Shown here piece by piece: positions 41,292 through 50,198 of a stretch of DNA of 64,000 nt (position 1 is its first letter; every line of letters starts with the position of its first letter). The notes under the pieces are model-generated. The model saw only the letters and a list, made by a program, of their open reading frames with translations, had not been told where the DNA came from and did no database searches. A program made the translations under genes and the position numbers. This DNA comes from an uncultured delta proteobacterium. GTDB lineage: Bacteria; Desulfobacterota; Binatia; UBA9968. The stretch is taken from the NCBI GenBank assembly GCA_963745035.1, contig CAVUVW010000025.1, positions 64,001-128,000 on the forward strand, in the 5' to 3' direction.

Positions 41292-42668
41292 TCAATCTAT
41301 GTCGAAAATCTCGACCAATCCCACGCCGGTTCCGCCCCCTACTCCGCGAAGAATCGCGGTATACGCGCCCGGCGGCAAAGTCACCAGGAGCGCCGCCTCC
41401 TGCCGGCAGCCTGCGGGTGCCGATGTTTGACCCGGATTGGGCTGACAAGGATCCATGGCGACGGCTTTGATTTGTGCGGAACCGCCACAGGAAAAGCGCG
41501 CATCACAATCGGGCCTATCCTGCCAGTTATCGTTTTCAGCGATCACCCTGGAGCCGGAAAAAAGCTGCAGCCAAGGATTCGATAAAACGTTGCCGACAAA
41601 AAACGGCGCGCCAGCCATCGAAGGTCCGCGACCTCGGATAAGCACGGTTTTCGGCGCGGAGCCGGCAAGAATAACGCCGCCGATCATGACATCATCCGCC
41701 GATCGTATGATCGCACGGGTCGAAATATTCACCAGTTTGGACGGCTTGGCGCCGACGCCGATTTCAAAGACCTCGACCAAGCCTACTCCCGTCCCGCCGT
41801 TTACCCCGCTCAGGGCCGCGGTATAGGCGCCCGGAGGTAAGATCATCAGAATCGCTGATTCTAAGCTACACCCGCCGGGTGCCGCCGTTTGGCCTGGATT
41901 GGGTTGGCAGGGGTCCAGCCTTGTCGCGGTAATCTGCGCCGAAGCGCCGCAGACAAAGCGGGAATCACACTGCGGGCTATCCTGCCAATTGTCGTTCTTT
42001 GCGATCCGGGTCGAACCGGAAAACAGCTCCAAATGAGGATTTGATAACGTTCCCGGGACAAGAAACGGCTTCTCCCCCATCGACGGGCCACGACCGCGGA
42101 CCAGGACGACCGCCGGTTCATTGCCCTCGATGACAAATCCGCCGATCATCATCTGGTCGCCTTTCATGACCGACCCGCGCGTAGAACCAGAGTCGGAGTC
42201 GCTGGAAAGTGTAGATACCGTGTTGAAGCCGGACGTCCCGCCTGAGCCGCCCCCGCCAGTTGGCGTTGTTGGCGTCGTCGGTGTGGTGGGCGTGGTGGGT
42301 GTTGTTGGCGTTGTCGGCGTCGTCGGCGTGGTGGGCGTTGTTGGCGACGTTGGAACCGATGCGCAACTCACGTTGGTCGGATCCGAAGTGCCTGCGGAAT
42401 TAAACGCTCGCACCGTATAACAGTACGTCCGGCCGGCGGTTACCCCGGAGTCGGTGAATGACGTAACATTCGCGCCGACGCTCGCAAGCTGGCCGAAGCC
42501 TCCGTCGGCAGCCTTACGCTCGACTGTGAACCCACTTTCGTTGTGCGAATTATCTTGCCAGGCAAGGCGAAGGCTCGCCGCCTCGGCTCCATCGGCGAGC
42601 ATCACACCGGCGGTCAGCAGCGCGGCAGTGGTGACAACAGTTCGACATAGAGAATTGATACGGATCAT
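41292..42668 (-). CDS. Exported FN3-domain protein with PTT linker and two 'NISTR' modules
   Basis: Signal peptide (AEA/A), LAWQDNSHNESGFTVER...YCYTVRAFNSAG FN3 domain, (PTT)n, GGGGSGG, tandem module. Confidence 0.85.
   Translation of the reverse strand: MIRINSLCRTVVTTAALLTAGVMLADGAEAASLRLAWQDNSHNESGFTVERKAADGGFGQLASVGANVTSFTDSGVTAGRTYCYTVRAFNSAGTSDPTNVSCASVPTSPTTPTTPTTPTTPTTPTTPTTPTTPTTPTGGGGSGGTSGFNTVSTLSSDSDSGSTRGSVMKGDQMMIGGFVIEGNEPAVVLVRGRGPSMGEKPFLVPGTLSNPHLELFSGSTRIAKNDNWQDSPQCDSRFVCGASAQITATRLDPCQPNPGQTAAPGGCSLESAILMILPPGAYTAALSGVNGGTGVGLVEVFEIGVGAKPSKLVNISTRAIIRSADDVMIGGVILAGSAPKTVLIRGRGPSMAGAPFFVGNVLSNPWLQLFSGSRVIAENDNWQDRPDCDARFSCGGSAQIKAVAMDPCQPNPGQTSAPAGCRQEAALLVTLPPGAYTAILRGVGGGTGVGLVEIFDID
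42258..42353. repeat. 9-bp-period coding repeat: PTS + (PTT)9 + PT
   Basis: Direct reading; synonymous codons differ between units. Confidence 0.9.
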
Positions 42669-42718
42669 CTCAGTAACCCTCCTGCGCCTTCGCGATCCGC
42701 AGCCTTGAGGTTACTGAG
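42669..42718 (-). promoter_or_regulatory. RBS-sequestering hairpin (riboswitch expression platform)
   Basis: CTCAGTAACC / GGTTACTGAG 10-bp IR plus inner CTGCG/CGCAG; the 3' side carries AGGAGG and ends at the ATG. Confidence 0.7.
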
Positions 42719-42721
42719 GTC

Positions 42722-42809
42722 GCCAGGCAACCCTGCTACCGTATTCCCGAAGGAACTTAGGCCAGTGGCTTTGCGTCCCACCCTTTCGAGTGGTTTGCCC
42801 TTTTCTAGC
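42722..42809 (-). promoter_or_regulatory. Cyclic di-GMP-I (GEMM) riboswitch
   Basis: GCTAG-AAAA-GGGCAAACCACTCGAAAGGGTGGGACGCAAAGCCACTGGCCTAAG...GGTAGCAGGGTTGC-CTGGC matches the Vc2-type consensus (GAAA tetraloop, GCAAAGC junction, P1 GCTAG/CTGGC). Confidence 0.93.
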
Positions 42810-42835
42810 TTTGAATTTTCTTTGAGCCTGCTACC

Positions 42836-42850
42836 GCAATCCTCATACCA
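42836..42850 (-). promoter_or_regulatory. Sigma54 (-24/-12) promoter
   Basis: TGGTATGAGGATTGC = GG-N10-GC; predicts a start site about 15 nt before the riboswitch. Confidence 0.7.
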
Positions 42851-43208
42851 GCCGATTGCATTCTATTCGAAGCCCTGAACGGTCTGAAACTGCGGCGGTT
42901 TGCTCTTAGCGAGCAAACTTACAAAATCCCAAAAAGCCGCCTGCCGAGCAATCCTTGTGCGGTTGAACAATCTTGTAAATGAGGCGGGGCGCGAAAAGCG
43001 AGGTCTTGAAACAGGACTCCGTGCGTGGCGAAGTCCTTAATCTCTGGGCAGAGATTTCACCGCTGAAGAAGTTCTTTCGCAAATTTTGCTAAGCTTGCAC
43101 ACGAATTTCCAGAACTTCTACCCAACGATTTTAGTCATCTCCATCACCGTGCCGCCGATAGCGGTCCGGTAAGACGCATCTTTCTCCGCTTGTGACTGGC
43201 CGGAAAAA

Positions 43209-46185
43209 TCAATCGATCTCGAATACCTCCACCATCCCAATTCCCGTTCCGCCTGCCACGTCGGTAACGATCGCGGTGTAGGCTCCCGGAGGCAAGCTCA
43301 CCACCATGGCCGACTCTTGCGCGCAATTGTCCGGCGGGGTCGCTTGACCCGGGTTGGGCTCGCAGGGATTCAAACCGGCGGCGATAATTTCTGCCGGCTG
43401 AAGATCTTGCCAGTTATCGTTGGACGCGATCACGGTCGAGCCGGAAAATAGTCGCAGAAAAGGATTCGGCAAAGTGCCGGGTACGAAGAACGGCGCACCC
43501 GCCATCGACGGCCCGCGCGCTCGCAATCCGACGGTTTTAACACTGCTCCCTTCAATGACAAAACCACCTATCAATACGTTATCGCCGGTCTCAACTCGCC
43601 CACGCGTAGAGATATTGATCAATTCGGATGGGCTCACACCCCCATCAGCTTCAAACACTTCAATCAACCCGATTCCGGTTGCGCCACCGAACCCGCTTTG
43701 AATTGCCGTATAGGCTCCCGGCGGCAGGGTGATCAAGATCGCCGACTCCTGGGTGCATCCAGGGGGAGCCGCCGATTGCCCCGGATTAGGTTCGCAAGGA
43801 CCCAAAGCCGTGGCGGCAATGTCCGCAGGTCCGCCACAGGCGAATCCCGTATTCGCGCATAGTGGGTCGCTAGTTTGCCAATCATCGTTCTGGGCTATGA
43901 CGGTTGAGCCGGAAAATAGCCGTAAAAACGGATTCGCTAACGTTCCGGGAATAAAAAATGGGGCGCCGCCCATCGAAGGTCCACGCGCCCGTATCAAAAC
44001 CGACTTGGGCGCGAGCCCTTCTATAATAAAACCGCCGATCATCACGCTGTCGCCCGTCAGTACGCGGACCCGTGTAGAGAGGTTGCTCAATGCCACAACC
44101 GCAGCATCATCATTGGCGATGGTTCCCATTCCCTGGCCATCGGCAATTGAAGCATTGCTCGAGCTGGTGAGATTCACAAAGAAGGTTTCATTCGCCTCAA
44201 TTGCCGTGTCCCCGTTAACGACGACCGTAATGTTCTTGGACGTTTCCCCAGGATTGAATGTTAGAAGCCCCGAGTTGCTTACATAGTCGTTCCCGGCTGT
44301 CGCCGTGCCATTGGCGGTCGCGAAATTCACTGTTATTGTCTGCGCAGTAGCCGTGGAAAACGTGACCGTAAACACCGCATTCACCGTACCTGAATTGCCC
44401 TCCGTCACAGTCACGTCGGAAATTGTAAGGCTTGGCAGAAAAGCGGCGTCAGCCTGGATAAGCCCGAATCCGTTGTCGTTATCGAATCCCGGCGCGCCCA
44501 TGTTGATCGCGGCGTTTTCCAGCTTGGCATAGACCTCAAACGGTGTCAGGCTCGGCTGATTTTCAAGCAGTAGCGCGGCAACCCCGGCCGCGTGCGGCGC
44601 CGCTGCGGACGTGCCAAAGAAATTAGGAAATAAAGTTCCATCAGTATCGGTCCCAAAGAACGTCGTGTCCGCGCCGTCCGGCGCGACGATCTCGGGCTTA
44701 CCCGCGCGTAAGTCGGGCGGAGCAAGGCGATTACCTGTCGGACCGAACAGGATGGGCGTCGTTCCTGCGGATGAAAAGGAATTCAAAACGGGCGGAGACA
44801 CGCCAAACGCGGGGGTATTTACGTACGCGGCTGCTCCGACGGCTTCCGCGCCCGCGGCATTGGCATGACCGTAGAGCGTGCCGCTATTGGTCGCGAACTC
44901 TTGGATTGTCCCGTCGAATCCGAACAGGACATACTTCATGAGCGCCGGGTTTGGTCCCTCGAAATTCGTGATCATGATATTGAAATCGGCAGTGGCGCCC
45001 GTGGTATTCACAAACGACAAAAACTCACTCGGGTCGCCCGTGCCGCCCGAGGCGGCAACGTTTCCGAGGGCGCTCTGGGCCAACACTTGAGTCGCGGTCG
45101 CGTTCAGTATGTAAACGTCAATATCGTTCGGCGATCCTGGAGCGCCGCTCACGGAGAAAGACGGAGAGTCCCACTGAAAGATCATGAGAAACCCCGCGTT
45201 GTTGGGTAAGGTAATCCGCTGGAAGACGTCCGTCCCGTTATCGCTGAAGTTGTGCGCGATGCCGCCAAAAAAAAACGGAGATCCGAACTCTCCGGATTTG
45301 AACACGGGCCCCGGTCGAAAGGCGCTCACGTAGGCGTTGCGGCCATTGTTACCCGCCGATGAAAAGTAAGACACCCCCGCGGCGACCACACTGTCGACGG
45401 CCTGGGCGATGATTCCGTCCTGGAACATCGGCTCAGCCGGATAGATGACATCATCGACGATGACTTTCGCGCCGCTGTTTTTGAGCGCGACGATATTGTT
45501 CGCGAAGTTTGCCTGTCCTCGCGAAAGCGGTCGCAAATGCGAGGGAAGCTCCGGGAGCGACGTCGTGAACGATCTGCAGCATCGCCCGACCCTCATCAGT
45601 GCCGGACGAGCTACAGCCCGGCTCTTCCTGAAGCACGGTTACAGGCGGGAGATCGCCGCTCGTCATGTCCGCCCCGGCGCCACCCAGGCAGTTGAAACTA
45701 TCCGACAGCACTCCGACCATGACGCCGGACCCGGTGACCCCAAACGTTGTGCGCGCCACGCTGGAGCGCTGCGCTGCGTCGCCTTGGCTGGTCACGCTGC
45801 CCACGTTGGTGATCGCCAGCGGCGGCCGGGCAAATTGCAAACTCCTTAACGTCGCCAGATTGGCAATACTGGATACCGGCAGGTGACCCGAGACAATGCG
45901 ACCGAACGCTACGGCATCCACCATGCCCAGTCTCATTAACTCAGACCTGAGCTCGTTGACGTCGTCGGCCGCAGTCGCGTCGATTGCCACCCGATTGTTA
46001 TCGACAAGCGGGACTAAAGGATCTTGCGAGGTGAAAGGACGCGTGCTTCGTTGCGCCAAATATGACGCATACCGCTCGTTGAGACGCGCCAGGCTGGGGC
46101 TCAGCTTGTTCACGGGCTTGCGCATCTGCGCGTTGGCGCCGCCGGTAAAAAATACGAGCAAACCGATAAGGAGCCAACGTGTCAT
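43209..46185 (-). CDS. Exported S8-type serine peptidase + Calx-beta + two 'NISTR' modules; frameshift near 45520
   Basis: Signal (ANA/Q), propeptide, GVLSDSF, TDEGRAMLQIVHDVAPGA, SSAGNNG, FFGTSAAAPHAAG, Calx-beta VTEGNSG...GTIANDD; the two ORFs join at ATAF|GQANFANNI. Confidence 0.85.
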
Positions 46186-46201
46186 GCAAAACCTCTTTCT
46201 C

Positions 46202-46675
46202 TTAGAAGTTCCACGACCCGGGTCCCCTCGGCAAAATCGTACGAGGTCGGCTTTTCTGCGTTAAACCGACCGCAGGTCTGGCGAAATTTAGACTGGATAG
46301 GCTTGTCAACTTGGGAATAGAAGAGATCGGCAACTGGCCGGACACCATGCGACCGAAGGTTACCGAGTTTTGCATGCCAAAAGCAACAAGATCGGCCTGC
46401 AGGGCGCTCGCTTCGCCGGCCGCCACGGCGTCTATAATGACCCGACCATCAACGATTTGGAGGAGCGTATTGCTGGAGCGAAAGGCGTTTTTGCCTTTGG
46501 ACGCCAAATGCGCAGAATACTCGTCGTGCAGAGCGATCAATTCCGGCGCTATTTTCGACGCGCGATCGCCTTTAGCTTGAGCGGAGCGGGACTCTGTTGA
46601 TGCGGTAGATGCGCAGCCTCCGGCCCAAGGAATCACTAACGCTACAAAAAGCGGCAGCCACAATGTCATGAGCAA
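46202..46675 (-). CDS. Putative lipoprotein consisting only of a paralog of the adjacent protease propeptide
   Basis: Hydrophobic N-terminus ending WAGG/C; body aligns with the propeptide region of the S8 protein (RVxIDAxAA, GM..V.FGRxVSGxLPxSSI, SLxFARP). Confidence 0.75.
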   Translation of the reverse strand: MLMTLWLPLFVALVIPWAGGCASTASTESRSAQAKGDRASKIAPELIALHDEYSAHLASKGKNAFRSSNTLLQIVDGRVIIDAVAAGEASALQADLVAFGMQNSVTFGRMVSGQLPISSIPKLTSLSSLNFARPAVGLTQKSRPRTILPRGPGSWNF

Positions 46676-46916
46676 CCTTTGACGGCAGTAAAGTTCATCG
46701 GCTTCCGCGGTTTTCCGACGGAGGAAAATATGTTGAATTGGATCCGGCGGTCGCCGGTGACGTCAAATTGCGCGCCGCATCACCCAATACTTATTTCTGA
46801 CCATGACCGCTTGCCAGGACTTTCCATCGAGATTTTCACGGGATTGTTACCACAAGCACTATCTTTCGTATATTGAAAAATAGTAGACCATATATCATAG
46901 ACGTTTAGGCCAAGAT

Positions 46917-47813
46917 ATGCGCCCACGATCACTGCGGCTATCGATCATTATCCCGACAAAAAACCGCGCCTGGATTCTGTCCGAGCTGTTGGAGAGCATC
47001 ACCAGGACGGAGGAGATCGAAGAACTTTGCCCGGAGGTCATCGTCGCCGACAATAACTCGGATGACGACACGCGCGATGTCGTCGCCTCGGCGGCCGAGA
47101 GTTTTGCGACTGAGCTGCGGGTATTGGGAGTCGCAACGCCTGGAAAGTCGGCGGCGCTCAACGGCGCGGTCAAGTCGGCAACGGGCGACTTGATCGCGTT
47201 CCTGGACGACGACGTGATCGTCGACAAGACTTGGCTCGTGGCGGTGAGCGGTTTTTTTCGCTGCGGCGAGTATCAAGCGGCGCAGGGGTTGATCGGGCTA
47301 CAGGCGCCGGCGAAGGACGATCCGGAAATCCTCAAGCTGGTCGAGCGCTACCGCACGATTCCGAAACTCGATTACGAGCCCGATCTAAAAACCGTGCATT
47401 CGTTGAACGGCGCGAATTTCTTTGTGACGCGCGAGGTGTTCGAGCGGGTCGGCGGCTTTGACGAGCGCCTCGGACCGGGCGCCTCGGGCACATCGGAAGA
47501 CGTCGATTTTGCGCGCCGCCTGGCGCGCGCCAACGTCACCATCGGCTACGCGCCCGAGGCGATCGTGTATCACCGCGTCGACCGCGATCGTCTGACGGAA
47601 GAATATTTCAAACAAAGCCACAAGCGCCAAGGCGTCAGCCGTTTCGTGATGCGCCGGCGCGGCGCCGCGGCGATCGCGTTCGATCTCGCGCGCGCCACCG
47701 CCCAATACGCCTACTACAGCGCAATGGGGACGGAGCGCAACCGCTATCGGAGCAAGGGACGCATCTATCACTACATCGGCATGATGCAGGCGATGCACAA
47801 CCACCGCCGATAG
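46917..47813 (+). CDS. Glycosyltransferase family 2
   Basis: SIIIPTKNR, ADNNSDD, GKSAALN, FLDDDV, GGFDERLG...EDVDF. Confidence 0.9.
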   Translation: MRPRSLRLSIIIPTKNRAWILSELLESITRTEEIEELCPEVIVADNNSDDDTRDVVASAAESFATELRVLGVATPGKSAALNGAVKSATGDLIAFLDDDVIVDKTWLVAVSGFFRCGEYQAAQGLIGLQAPAKDDPEILKLVERYRTIPKLDYEPDLKTVHSLNGANFFVTREVFERVGGFDERLGPGASGTSEDVDFARRLARANVTIGYAPEAIVYHRVDRDRLTEEYFKQSHKRQGVSRFVMRRRGAAAIAFDLARATAQYAYYSAMGTERNRYRSKGRIYHYIGMMQAMHNHRR

Positions 47814-47846
47814 ACGGCGGAAAGCGGCAGCGGCCTGCATCCCGCC

Positions 47847-50198
47847 CTAGCGATTGAGCGAGCTTCTGGTATTTCCCAGGCCCAACAGGCTAAAAGCGAA
47901 GTTAAAGCTCGTCTTCGCCGGATTGACGTCGCGTTGGACGCCGAAGGTCGCAGTCCAACACTCGCAGAACGACAGGAACTTGGTAACGACGCGAAAGCCG
48001 ATGAAGCGCGAATCGCGCGCATCATACGTGCTGTTCAACTGCATGAGCAGATTGTCGGTCAGGTGATAGAACATGGAGCCACCGATGTTGCCGACCGTAT
48101 TTCTGTCGAAACCGGTTACCGGACAGCGCGGGTCGAGGGGGTGAACCACACAGTCGGCGGGTTGGTCGAGGTCGATGTTGGCGTCGTCGGCGAGAAAACT
48201 GTTGGGGCCGCGGCGCAAGTAGTGATAACTCAGACTGAGCGAGTTAGGCCGGTTAAAATCGGGATCGAGGGTGCGGCGCAGCATCGGCCGCGGATCAAGG
48301 ATACTGAAGGTCAGTCGGGCTTGGGTGATTTGCCAGGCTCCCGGGTCGACGCCGCCGTCAAAGGCCACGTTGATGTAGGGCAGCGGCGTAGAGCGCAAAT
48401 TGATGTCGAGGTCTGATAGACTATCGCCGCCGTTTCTTTCCTTATCAATATCGTAACTCAGCGCTACTCGAAGCGATCCCATACGTAGCACATCGCCGAT
48501 CACCCCCGAACTCAAAAGTTCCGCGTCGCCCTCCGTCGAGGACGGCGCCGAGAGTCCGGTGGAAGTCTTGCCCCACAGCCGGTTGGTGAGCGCGAACGTC
48601 AGGACGTTGCGCCGCCTGATGCGATCGACGTCGTCCATGATCGGGATATTGTTCTGGGTGACAGACGGCACGAACAGATAACTCAGCTCGGGCTCGATCA
48701 CGTGCTTCACGCGGCTCAGTCCGAGCTTATTGAAATTAAATATCCGGCTGAGGGATGTGCCGACGTTGCCTCGCAGCTCGATCAACTCGCGGGAAATATT
48801 CCGATCCGATGACTTGACTGGTGAATACAGGTGATAGATGGTCCCGCGGGGGGCAGCGCTGAGCGCTCCAAAAAAACGCGACCCCAGGCGAAACGGCACC
48901 AAGAACTCCGGCCTCAAATCCAAGCGTACGCCGTCGCCCCCTTCGCGCCGAATATAATTGACCCCCTCCGCCCGCCAGCGGAACTCGAGAGGAAAACCGC
49001 TGAGGAAGCGGCGTCCCCAGAACGCGAGCTGCGGCGTGCGCTGCAGGGTGCCGGCGTCGGGCTGAATGAAGTCCTGATAGAAATTCCACTCGCCTTTGAA
49101 AAACGTATCGCCCCAGCTCTTGAACGTGCCGAAGCGCGATTCGCTGAAGCGGCTGCGCCGGATGTCCGATTCCCGGCGACCGGAAACGTCGAAGCGATCC
49201 ATCAGCTCGCGCGTAAAGAGATCGTCCCCATAGGCCGCAAAGTCGCTGAAGGTCAGCCAATCGGAAGGCGTCGTGTAGCGATGCGACCCGATGATGCTCC
49301 AGCGGTCTTGGGGTATTGTTTGATCGGCGATCGTGCGATTGACCACATCGCTTTGCTCGTTCTGGCGCATGTGCTCGTTGAAATAGGACGCGTGGATTTG
49401 AAAGTCCGATTCGCGATCGAAGATCGTGCGATACTCGCCCATGAAACCGAAACGCGTCCGGGTTTCGATATCGAACTCGACGGTGGCATCGGAGCTTTTC
49501 GAAATCGCCCAGAAAAACGGCTGCTGGAAGCGAAATCCGTCTTCCGAGGAGTGCCCGAAGCGGGGAAACAGAAAGCCGGTCTGGCGTTCGGTATTGAGCG
49601 GAAAGTAGCCGTACGGAAGATAGAAGACCGGCACATCGAAAACATAGAAGTAGCTGTTCTTGACCGTGCCGACGCCGTCGAGCGCGAGATCCAACTGCTC
49701 GGCGAAAAATTTCCACGAAGGCCGTCCGGATTCGCAGAAGCAGGTCGTGAAAAATCCGTCGTCGACGTGATAGGTCTGGCCGCCGAATTTTTCGAAGCGC
49801 CGTCCCGACATGCTGATATGTCCCTGCTCGAGAAACAGGTCGCCGTTCTCGATCACGCCGGTTTCCTGCCCTAGGTTAAACCGCATCGAGTCGGCCGACT
49901 TGACCTTCCACTCCGGATCATCGACGCTCACATTGCCTTTGGCTTCGACCTCCTGCGTCGCGTTGTTGAAGCGGACCTCGTCGGCCCTGAGAGTCGTGCC
50001 CTCGCGCTTGATCTCCACGTTGCCGCCGGCTTCGATTTCATTCGCGCCGGTGGTCGACAATCGATCCGCCTTGAGATTGATTTCGCTGTCCGGCGAGCGC
50101 GCGCCGCCGATGCCGAATTGCGCCGCTCGCAGCGGGCAAGCGACGGTCAAGCCGCCCACGGCAAGCGCTGCGATCAGGAAACCGATCTTCAGATTCAT
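47847..50198 (-). CDS. lptD: LPS assembly protein LptD
   Basis: Own signal peptide MNLKIGFLIAALAVGG; OstA-like N-domain, FTTC..RPSW, PVFYLPY, RQTGFLFP, KHVIEP, CECW; ATG overlaps the reconstructed folC stop. Confidence 0.9.
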   Translation of the reverse strand: MNLKIGFLIAALAVGGLTVACPLRAAQFGIGGARSPDSEINLKADRLSTTGANEIEAGGNVEIKREGTTLRADEVRFNNATQEVEAKGNVSVDDPEWKVKSADSMRFNLGQETGVIENGDLFLEQGHISMSGRRFEKFGGQTYHVDDGFFTTCFCESGRPSWKFFAEQLDLALDGVGTVKNSYFYVFDVPVFYLPYGYFPLNTERQTGFLFPRFGHSSEDGFRFQQPFFWAISKSSDATVEFDIETRTRFGFMGEYRTIFDRESDFQIHASYFNEHMRQNEQSDVVNRTIADQTIPQDRWSIIGSHRYTTPSDWLTFSDFAAYGDDLFTRELMDRFDVSGRRESDIRRSRFSESRFGTFKSWGDTFFKGEWNFYQDFIQPDAGTLQRTPQLAFWGRRFLSGFPLEFRWRAEGVNYIRREGGDGVRLDLRPEFLVPFRLGSRFFGALSAAPRGTIYHLYSPVKSSDRNISRELIELRGNVGTSLSRIFNFNKLGLSRVKHVIEPELSYLFVPSVTQNNIPIMDDVDRIRRRNVLTFALTNRLWGKTSTGLSAPSSTEGDAELLSSGVIGDVLRMGSLRVALSYDIDKERNGGDSLSDLDINLRSTPLPYINVAFDGGVDPGAWQITQARLTFSILDPRPMLRRTLDPDFNRPNSLSLSYHYLRRGPNSFLADDANIDLDQPADCVVHPLDPRCPVTGFDRNTVGNIGGSMFYHLTDNLLMQLNSTYDARDSRFIGFRVVTKFLSFCECWTATFGVQRDVNPAKTSFNFAFSLLGLGNTRSSLNR

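Noticed and set aside
42798-42800. cGAMP-sensing (GEMM-Ib) riboswitch variant
   Set aside because: The discriminating position is G, not A.
43209-46185. Protease naturally split into two genes
   Set aside because: The break falls inside the catalytic domain and one base restores a continuous frame.
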